From an uncultured Oscillospiraceae bacterium (GTDB lineage: Bacteria > Bacillota > Clostridia > Oscillospirales > Oscillospiraceae): a stretch of DNA of 39,434 nucleotides. Of the stretch, positions 8,885-15,787 are shown piece by piece. The stretch's first letter is position 1. Every line of letters starts with the position of its first letter. The position numbers were made by a program, and so were the translations under genes. The notes beneath the pieces are model-generated. The model saw only the letters and a list, made by a program, of their open reading frames with translations. It had not been told where the DNA came from and did no database searches. Location of the stretch: assembly GCA_964421265.1 (NCBI GenBank), contig CAYQWH010000002.1:1-39434 (forward strand), in the 5' to 3' direction.

Positions 8885-8913
8885 ATTATAAACGACATTT
8901 CCTCATAATGCAA
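8885..8913 (-). promoter_or_regulatory. Candidate promoter for the SLH/GNAT operon
   Basis: Minus strand reads TTGCAT (8908-8913), a 17-nt spacer, then TATAAT (8885-8890). Confidence 0.5.
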
Positions 8914-8996
8914 CCCTTTTTTCACAGTTTTCGTCAAAAAAAGACGATAATATTCCATATTCGTGTCTGCCGGCAACCGTGAAATGTAATATCCGA

Positions 8997-9025
8997 TTGA
9001 TTTTTGAGGAAATCGGTGGTATTAT
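8997..9025 (+). promoter_or_regulatory. Candidate extended -10 promoter for the chromate-transporter pair
   Basis: Reads TTGATT (8997-9002), a 17-nt spacer ending in TGG, then TATTAT (9020-9025). Confidence 0.5.
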
Positions 9026-9097
9026 ATTGGAGCTGTAATAACGCGCGTTCGCGGCAGCGCGGCGATAGTATTCGCAATATATTAGGGAGGGAAAAAT

Positions 9098-9643
9098 ATG
9101 GAGCTTCTTAAAATGTTTCTCACGTTCGCGAAAGTCGGGGTAATGACATTCGGTGGCGGGTACGCCATGCTCCCGATACTGCAGCGCGAAATCGTCGAGA
9201 AGAACGGCTGGGCCACAGACGCGGAGCTTGCCGACTACTTCGCCATCGGTCAGTGCACGCCCGGCGTAATCGCCGTAAACACGGCTACGTTTATCGGGCA
9301 AAAGAAAGCCGGGATAATCGGCGGTATAGTCACAACCCTCGGCGTGGTATTCCCATCAATCGTCATAATAACGGCTCTGGCGGGGGTAATAACGGCCTTC
9401 TCTCATCTCGCCATAGTGCAGAACGCGTTCGCGGGGATACGTGTCTGTGTATGTGTACTCATTCTCAACTCTGTTCTGAAGCTGGCAAAGCCCGCGCTTG
9501 TAGATGTCTGTACGGTTATAATATTTATAGTGGTACTTGCCGCTTCCCTGTTCCTGGATCTTTCTCCTGTAGTATTTGTACTCTCAGCGGGACTTATGGG
9601 TGTTATCCTGAAGGTTATCGCTGCAAGGAGGGCGGATAAATGA
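9098..9643 (+). CDS. Chromate transporter family protein (short CHR, first half)
   Basis: 181 aa and polytopic, with the CHR signature FGGGYAMLPILQRE. Confidence 0.85.
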   Translation: MELLKMFLTFAKVGVMTFGGGYAMLPILQREIVEKNGWATDAELADYFAIGQCTPGVIAVNTATFIGQKKAGIIGGIVTTLGVVFPSIVIITALAGVITAFSHLAIVQNAFAGIRVCVCVLILNSVLKLAKPALVDVCTVIIFIVVLAASLFLDLSPVVFVLSAGLMGVILKVIAARRADK

Positions 9644-10224
9644 TGCTATATCTTCAGCTTTTCTATGAATTCTTCAAAACCGGACTTTTCTCCGTCGGCG
9701 GGGGGCTTGCCACGGTACCGTTCCTCTACGATATGGCGGACAGGCTGCCCTGGTTCACCCGTGAGCAGCTGGCGGACATGATAGCGGTGTCCGAGTCCAC
9801 TCCGGGACCTGTCGGGGTAAATATGGCTACGTATGTGGGATACCTCACCGGAGGAATACCCGGAGCGGTCATAGCCACGCTTGGGCTTATCACGCCATCC
9901 ATAATCGTAATACTGATAGTCGCCGCGTTTCTGAAGAGCTTCGGCGAGAGCAAAATCGTAAAGTCAGTGTTCTATGGACTGCGCCCGGCGTCGGTGGCGC
10001 TTATTTCCTCGGCGGGACTGTCTGTCGCTTACGGCGTGTTCATTCTGCCGGAATTCGCCGAAACGCACGCTCTGTCTGACCTGCCGGACTGGAAGGCCGT
10101 TGCCCTGGCAGCTGTACTGATAGTCCTTACGAGGTTTGTCAAGCCGACAAAGAAGCTGCACCCTATTGTTTTCATCGCCGCGTCCGCGGTTGTCGGTATC
10201 GTATTCAACTTTGCCGGCGCGTGA
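9640..10224 (+). CDS. Chromate transporter family protein (short CHR, second half)
   Basis: 194 aa with SVGGGLATVPFLYD. The ATGA overlaps the upstream half, which is the typical two-gene short-CHR arrangement. Confidence 0.85.
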   Translation: MMLYLQLFYEFFKTGLFSVGGGLATVPFLYDMADRLPWFTREQLADMIAVSESTPGPVGVNMATYVGYLTGGIPGAVIATLGLITPSIIVILIVAAFLKSFGESKIVKSVFYGLRPASVALISSAGLSVAYGVFILPEFAETHALSDLPDWKAVALAAVLIVLTRFVKPTKKLHPIVFIAASAVVGIVFNFAGA

Positions 10225-10352
10225 GCCACATACGCCGGCAAAGCCATAACGGAATGGTTCCGTCCCCAATCTTCCATTTTCCAGAGCGCCGGTTCAAATG
10301 CCGAAGCGCTTCTCGGGCGCTCCCCCGGATACGCAACGTATTCTGTTCAATC

Positions 10353-11270
10353 TCAGTCTGTAGGGTTCACGTGGATCATTATATGCTTGACGCTCGGAAA
10401 ATCCCGCTCCACGTTCTCGTGTACCCGCTCGGCAATGGCGTGGGCGTCACGGAGCGATTTGTCGCCATCTACACATATCTCAAGGTCAATATACACCTTG
10501 TCGCCAAACATTCTGGAATGAAGAACGTCAACACGGATAACATCCTCCTGATTCCCGATATACTCCGTAAGTTTTTTGTCGTAATCCTCGCCGCATGACG
10601 TATCCAGCATTTTTGACAGCGCGTCTTTAAGAATATCGAAGGACACCTTGAGGATAAAGGCGCAGATAACCACGCTGGCGACGGCGTCCATAACGGGAAA
10701 GCCAAGCATTGCTCCGCTTATGCCGATCAGGGAACCTACAGATGACAGCGCGTCGGAACGGTGGTGCCACGCGTCGGCAATGAACACGGTGGAGCCTATG
10801 AGCTTCGCGTTGTGGAGTGTATAGCGGTACATCAGTTCCTTGCTTATAATGGACACCGCCGCCGCGACAAGCGCGACCGCGCCCGGCGGCGTGAGGTCGG
10901 CGCTTCCGCTGATTATATCGGCCACGCCCTTTCTCCCGACGCCCAGTCCCGTAACCGCCAGGAGCAATCCCAGCACAAGCGATGCCACACATTCAAGACG
11001 CTCGTGGCCGTATGGATGTTCACGGTCGGCGGCCTTCTGCGAGAGCTTGACACCGAACGCCGCGATAAGCGTCGTAAGCACATCGGACAGCGAGTGAATC
11101 GCATCGGAGAGCATGGCTCCGGAATGTCCGGCAAAGCCCGCGAACAGCTTAAACGCGGTGAGCAGTACGTTGCCTATGACGCTCACCAGCGTCACCTTGC
11201 GTATAATCAGCTTTTCGTTCACGCTCGCGTATTTAGGGCTGACCCGTATTTTTCTCAGTTTCAAATTCAT
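10353..11270 (-). CDS. Cation diffusion facilitator (CDF) family metal efflux transporter
   Basis: 305 aa with HxxxD motifs in TM2 (HSLSD) and TM5 (HHRSD), plus a C-terminal cytoplasmic domain. Confidence 0.9.
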   Translation of the reverse strand: MNLKLRKIRVSPKYASVNEKLIIRKVTLVSVIGNVLLTAFKLFAGFAGHSGAMLSDAIHSLSDVLTTLIAAFGVKLSQKAADREHPYGHERLECVASLVLGLLLAVTGLGVGRKGVADIISGSADLTPPGAVALVAAAVSIISKELMYRYTLHNAKLIGSTVFIADAWHHRSDALSSVGSLIGISGAMLGFPVMDAVASVVICAFILKVSFDILKDALSKMLDTSCGEDYDKKLTEYIGNQEDVIRVDVLHSRMFGDKVYIDLEICVDGDKSLRDAHAIAERVHENVERDFPSVKHIMIHVNPTD

Positions 11271-11281
11271 TCCCCCACCTT

Positions 11282-11407
11282 AGGCCCTGTTTGAAAATTG
11301 TCAACACGCCCAATGGCGGCTCTTTTGCCGCCTTACCGCGTCAGATCGCCTTGTCCGGCGAAAAAGCCTCTCGCCCTTGGCCCATTGCCAAGTTTCAAAC
11401 AGGGCCT
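11282..11407 (-). ncRNA. Structured 5'-UTR domain E1, closed by a perfect 15-bp helix that abuts the CDF gene RBS
   Basis: AGGCCCTGTTTGAAA (11282-11296) and TTTCAAACAGGGCCT (11393-11407) are exact reverse complements. The 96 nt between them hold at least three local GC hairpins. In the minus sense the 3' arm is followed directly by AAGGUGGGGGA-AUG. Confidence 0.45.
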
Positions 11408-11607
11408 GATGATAACCAATACATCTGCGCAATAAATATTATTCCTTATGTGTGACAGTAAAGCAGACGTGTCGTCTGTACAGCAGCGCGCCGGTCGCTT
11501 TCGCGGCACGCGGTTGTATTCTGATACATCTGCTTTATCTGTTTTTCACGGTAATCACATTCCAATTGTGATTACAACGTTGTCTCCCGATCTGACGATT
11601 GAAGTTG

Positions 11608-11636
11608 ATTATATCGCGGCGCCGTCGATTTGTCAA
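11608..11636 (-). promoter_or_regulatory. Perfect-consensus sigma-A promoter reading toward the CDF gene
   Basis: Minus strand reads TTGACA (11631-11636), a 17-nt spacer, then TATAAT (11608-11613). It lies about 330 nt upstream of the CDF ATG and just downstream of the serpin stop. Confidence 0.65.
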
Positions 11637-11667
11637 GGCGTTTTTCCGCGCCGGTAAGATAAAAATT

Positions 11668-12912
11668 TTATCCCGCGCTGACGCTCATAACGGAACCCAT
11701 AAAGAGCGGTGTTGTCGTCTGCGTATCCAATATAAAATATACAAACGGCCTGTCCAATATGACCTCCCTGTACTCCAGCTCATCATCCTCCATAGGAGCG
11801 CTTTCAGCGGTCACCATGACCGCTGTCGCGGCGGCCGCCTTCGTCCCCTGCTCGTCCACCTCAATATGCGTCTTATGTATTACCTTGCTTATATATAAGT
11901 TGCCATCATCCGCCGTGCCGCAGCCGGATAAATCCGCCAGATCCGAATCAAACGCCGTGGTCACGCCCAGCTCCTTCAAGGGCGTAGCAAGATCCACTGA
12001 CCAGTCATACTCGAACTTGGGAAGCTCCAGGCGCACACTCGCGTAAGCGGTATCCTCCAACACGCGGCACAGCTCCTGGCCGTCAAGCGAATCTATAAGC
12101 GACTCAACGGTCACGCCCTCGTTCGGGAGCAGAGCCGCGAACACATAACGTCCGCCCTTATAGTACTTAAAACACCCGGTGCAGTTCTCGCCCTCCAGAT
12201 ATACGCTCTCGCTTGACACCATGAAGCTGGCGTCGTCCTCCGTCCCGTCCTCGCGGGTAAATGTGCCGTTATAGGTGGCGCTTTCCTCAAACTCATCCGA
12301 CCACGCGGCCTCGAACGCCACGGCGTTTATGAGGCACATAACCGCGTCAACCGGAAGCTGGTCTATAATCTCCGGTACCATCTCGTCCGTATTCTCATTG
12401 ACCCAGCTGTTGATGTCAGATACGGTAGAATTGTCAAAGGGCGCGGCATACAGATCCGCGTCGTAATAGTCGGCGTTTGTCTGCGCGAAATCCTGATTGA
12501 TGGTGAACCCGGTGTCTTTGAACCAGATTGAGTTTGCCGTATGGAGCGTCAGGTTCTTTTTACTCTCAGGCAATCCCTTCCTCCACGTCAGGAGGTACTC
12601 GTTCATCTCCCCCGTGGTCATACCGAACACGTCCTCCATCTCCGATTTTGTTGTCCCCGCCGCGCCGTTAGCGGTCATACCCAACGCGCTGAGGATTGAT
12701 ACCGGCGATATGAGTGTGTTGTCCGTGCCGCCGCAAACCCTGTACAGGTTAAGCGCAGCGTCCATAACCGCCGTTTTGCCGCTCTCCATGTCGCCGCTGA
12801 CATCCAGCTCCCGGGCGGTTATGCCGCTCATAAGATCCTCGGTCGCGCTTGCCGTGGCGCAGCCCGTCAGCATTATGCTCAGGCATAGCAGCGCTGATAT
12901 TAGCTTTTTCAT
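11668..12912 (-). CDS. Serpin-family serine protease inhibitor, lipoprotein
   Basis: Lipobox in MKKLISALLCLSIMLTGC. Serpin core features NTLISPVSILSALGMTANGAAG, the hinge EQGTKAAAATA, and the C-terminal DRPFVYFILD...PLFMGSV. Confidence 0.9.
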   Translation of the reverse strand: MKKLISALLCLSIMLTGCATASATEDLMSGITARELDVSGDMESGKTAVMDAALNLYRVCGGTDNTLISPVSILSALGMTANGAAGTTKSEMEDVFGMTTGEMNEYLLTWRKGLPESKKNLTLHTANSIWFKDTGFTINQDFAQTNADYYDADLYAAPFDNSTVSDINSWVNENTDEMVPEIIDQLPVDAVMCLINAVAFEAAWSDEFEESATYNGTFTREDGTEDDASFMVSSESVYLEGENCTGCFKYYKGGRYVFAALLPNEGVTVESLIDSLDGQELCRVLEDTAYASVRLELPKFEYDWSVDLATPLKELGVTTAFDSDLADLSGCGTADDGNLYISKVIHKTHIEVDEQGTKAAAATAVMVTAESAPMEDDELEYREVILDRPFVYFILDTQTTTPLFMGSVMSVSAG

Positions 12913-13112
12913 TTTTAATCCCCCTTACTCATAATACGCTCATGAGCTTTGGCGCGATAATTTAATCAATAATTCTCGCGTCCCTGCTCACAATCTACTA
13001 ATTTGACATGACGGCGCCCGGAAATGTTCCGGTTTTTATTGGAAAGAACAATTTATTCTCAAAATGTAATATCTCGCGTGATTCCCCGTCTTATATCACA
13101 GGAGGTGATGTA

Positions 13113-13664
13113 ATGGTCGATGATACGATAATAGATCTGTTCTGGGCGCGAAATGAAAACGCGATACGTGAGATCTCCGACAAATATGGCGGGTACTGCG
13201 GCGCAATAGCGCGGAATTTTGTGGATGAGGAGGACGCAAGGGAGTGCGTGAACGACACATGGCTCGCGGTATGGCGTTCCGTTCCACCGAATCGTCCGGT
13301 CAACCTGAAGATGTACATCGCGAAGATTACCCGGAACCTCGCTCTTGACAGGCTCCGCAGCTCAAGCGCGCAGAAACGCGGCGGCGCAGTGACGGAGCTG
13401 TTGGAGGAACTGGCGGAGTGCGCCGCGCCGGACAGCGCGGAGTCGGAAGTTGAGGCGCGGGAGCTGGGCAAGAGCATTGACCTGTTCCTCCGTACCATAC
13501 GTGAGCGCGACAGGAACATATTTATACGCCGCTACTTCTACGCGGAACCGCTTGCGGACATAGGCGAAAAGTACCAATTAAGTTCCGGCTCCGTGTCCGT
13601 CTCTCTTTTCCGCACACGCCGCAAGCTCAGGGAATATCTCGAAAAGGAGGGGTTTATCGTATGA
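13113..13664 (+). CDS. Sigma-70 family (region 2 + region 4, ECF-like) RNA polymerase sigma factor
   Basis: 183 aa counted from the ATG that lies 7 nt after AGGAGG. It has region 2-like ECVNDTWLAVW and region 4 HTH LADIGEKYQLSSGSVSVSLFRTRRKLREYL. The longer ORF-track start lacks an RBS. Confidence 0.85.
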   Translation: MVDDTIIDLFWARNENAIREISDKYGGYCGAIARNFVDEEDARECVNDTWLAVWRSVPPNRPVNLKMYIAKITRNLALDRLRSSSAQKRGGAVTELLEELAECAAPDSAESEVEARELGKSIDLFLRTIRERDRNIFIRRYFYAEPLADIGEKYQLSSGSVSVSLFRTRRKLREYLEKEGFIV

Positions 13665-15517
13665 CAAATTATAAACTCATGGAGAGTATCGGCTATATAG
13701 GAGACGACCTTTTGGAGGACAGCGAGAATTTATCCGGCGGCAAAAAGCGTCGGAAGCGGAAACGCGCGCTGGCGCCGCGTTTACTGGGCAGATTCGCCGT
13801 TTGCGCAGCCGCGGCGACCGTTCTCCTGGCGGTGTTCTCATCCATGCCCGACGAGAGCGCAAGGTCAGACACGCCCGGCGCGGTGAACGCGGGTTACGAT
13901 ACGGTTTCCCCGTCCTCCGGCGGTTATCAGACGGATCCGCCGGGGACATACAGTTCGGACGCGTCCGACGGAACCGTCCCCGATCCGCCCACGTCCGACA
14001 CATACAACAGCCTGGAGGAGCTTCTTGGCTATCTCAGCGAAAATGACGATCACGGCAGCTCGGACTCGCTGGAAAGCGCGAGTGTACGCGGCTCGGATTC
14101 AATATCCGGCGGTATTCTGGAGCCAAGCAGCGCCGTGGAGTCCGGCGGCTACGCCTACTCCATCGGCGACGGGCGCGTTAATATAACAAAGCTGGATGGC
14201 GCCGGGACGCTGAACGTCGGCAGCATTGACTTTGACGCGTCATACTGTTTTCTTCTTGACGGCAGGCTCGCTCTTGTCGGCGTCGCTTATGGGGACAGCG
14301 AACTTGAATTAGGCAGCGTCTCGTACCTTGTCGCGCGTTTCTACAGTCTTGATAACCCCACCGCTCCGGAACTTCAGCGGGAGTATAAACAACTCGGCAG
14401 TCCGGTGACGGTATACGCCTCCGACGGCGTTTTAACATTCGCGACCAGTGACGGCGTCTGCGCCTGCGGGTGGAGCCGCCTTGACGATGTATCGGATTAC
14501 GTGCCGCGCCTTACGAAGAATGGCAGCTTGGTTGAGTGGGGAGACGCGGACATCAGTATCCTCGGCGCCCCGTCCAGCGTAAGGTATGTGGCCGTAACTG
14601 AAATCGACACCGCTTCCATGGAGATTGACAGCAAACGGGCCTATTACGGCGACATCGCCGGCGTGTTCCACGGCGCTGATTGGCTCGCGTTCACCGTTCA
14701 GCGGTACGGAACGGCGCCGGAGCTGTACACGTTCACCGGCGGCCACTATACCGGGAAAGCCGCAATAAACTGTACCCATGTCACCTCGGTTGATAAAAGC
14801 GGAAGTGTCTACCGCGTTGTCGGCACCGATTACGAGAATATAATTTCCGCGATGTACAATATTGATACGGGCGCTTTAACAGCCGCCGTAACACCGGTTA
14901 TTGACACGGATGTTGTATTTGTGGATGATATAATCTGGGAAAAAGACCGCGCCATAATCGCGGCAAGCGGGTACACGGGAGACTTTGAGGATTTTACCCG
15001 TTTCATCTTCGCGGAGTTCCGCGGCGACAGGATTGATTTCATTGACAGCGGTCTTACGGCGGAACGCGTCTGTGGGATTGATAATATGATAATGTACGGC
15101 TCACCCTTCAATTATCTGCGGTCGCTCATACCCGTTGGAGGCGGTCTGTACCTTCGGTACAACGGCATTCCCGACGGGCTGGACGTGTACGACTTCTCCT
15201 CAAGTACCGGTGCGAGCCAGCTGAAAAGCTCCGAAGGCGAACTGCCGGAGGGATGTCGTTTCGACTTTACATGGCAGGTTTCCGACGGTACCATCGGCAT
15301 ACTCACCATATACCCGGACGAGGATGGCGAGTACAGAAATGTGACATACACATGGCGCGTGTACGCTCTAAGCGGCGACGGCAGCCTGGACCTTCTGTAC
15401 GAGGCACGGCTGGGAGACGGGTTGAACGTGTGGATGCTGGAATACAACGGTATGTATTACGTATCGTCCCGCGAGACGGACGGTGTGCTGTTCGTCGGAG
15501 AAATCCCTCAGCAATAA
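13661..15517 (+). CDS. Single-pass membrane protein with a large extracytoplasmic domain (possible anti-sigma / sensor partner)
   Basis: ATGA overlap with the sigma gene. It has a 45-aa cytoplasmic head (..IGYIGDDLLED..KKRRKRKR), one TM helix, an S/D/P-rich linker, and about 450 aa of beta-rich sequence. I cannot assign a family. Confidence 0.55.
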   Translation: MTNYKLMESIGYIGDDLLEDSENLSGGKKRRKRKRALAPRLLGRFAVCAAAATVLLAVFSSMPDESARSDTPGAVNAGYDTVSPSSGGYQTDPPGTYSSDASDGTVPDPPTSDTYNSLEELLGYLSENDDHGSSDSLESASVRGSDSISGGILEPSSAVESGGYAYSIGDGRVNITKLDGAGTLNVGSIDFDASYCFLLDGRLALVGVAYGDSELELGSVSYLVARFYSLDNPTAPELQREYKQLGSPVTVYASDGVLTFATSDGVCACGWSRLDDVSDYVPRLTKNGSLVEWGDADISILGAPSSVRYVAVTEIDTASMEIDSKRAYYGDIAGVFHGADWLAFTVQRYGTAPELYTFTGGHYTGKAAINCTHVTSVDKSGSVYRVVGTDYENIISAMYNIDTGALTAAVTPVIDTDVVFVDDIIWEKDRAIIAASGYTGDFEDFTRFIFAEFRGDRIDFIDSGLTAERVCGIDNMIMYGSPFNYLRSLIPVGGGLYLRYNGIPDGLDVYDFSSSTGASQLKSSEGELPEGCRFDFTWQVSDGTIGILTIYPDEDGEYRNVTYTWRVYALSGDGSLDLLYEARLGDGLNVWMLEYNGMYYVSSRETDGVLFVGEIPQQ

Positions 15518-15562
15518 CAGGAGCTTTCTTCCGATAGGCTTTTCACTGCCGTATCAGTGCTG

Positions 15563-15662
15563 TTTAAAGAGCTTTATAGATATAACGCCAAAGGCGCGTA
15601 AAGAATTTATAAGGCGGCGTGCCGCACTACTGCGTGCGGCACGAGCACGCAAGCGCGTGCGT
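15563..15662 (+). repeat. Intergenic mosaic repeat, copy B (most complete copy)
   Basis: Shares its 5' 15-mer with copy A. Its 40-nt core (15586-15625) matches copy C at 35/40. It contains a 9-bp hairpin, GTGCCGCAC-TACTGC-GTGCGGCAC. Its 3' block matches copies A and R. Confidence 0.6.
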
Positions 15663-15723
15663 CGGTTGTACCTGACAGTGACCCTTTACCGGGGTAATTC
15701 CGCGCTATTTTCGTCGCTCAAGC

Positions 15724-15751
15724 TTGACAAAGACTCAGAATCTGGTAAAAT
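15724..15751 (+). promoter_or_regulatory. Candidate extended -10 promoter for the SNF2 gene
   Basis: Reads TTGACA (15724-15729), a 16-nt spacer ending in TGG, then TAAAAT (15746-15751). Confidence 0.5.
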
Positions 15752-15787
15752 ATCCATGAGTGCTCAAGTGTATTGGAGGGACGTGCC

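Noticed and set aside
9098-10224. The two chromate-transporter ORFs as one frameshifted pseudogene.
   Set aside because: Each half has its own start codon and CHR signature, and the junction is a clean ATGA overlap. Paired short-CHR genes are a known normal arrangement.
11282-11407. Calling the element upstream of the CDF gene a NiCo (czcD) or yybP-ykoY (Mn) riboswitch.
   Set aside because: The gene context fits. I could not find the conserved cores as I remember them (repeated GGGAC/GGGCA with ACAG for NiCo, GGGGAGUAG for yybP-ykoY). The closest matches are AAGGGCGAGAGGC and GUUGACA. The element also shares ordered blocks with the leader of an unrelated operon (27011-27157). It is left as an unclassified structured leader pending cmscan.
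11419-11533. Small leader peptides starting at the repeated CAGAUGUAU (27 aa and 9 aa) in the CDF leader.
   Set aside because: There is no Shine-Dalgarno sequence before either AUG. The duplication is more simply a nucleotide repeat.
13017-13037. CCGGAA-ATG-TTCCGG plus T5 as a terminator feature.
   Set aside because: The stem is only 6 bp, and there is no plus-strand gene upstream to terminate. It is mentioned only as a possible attenuator in the sigma-factor finding.
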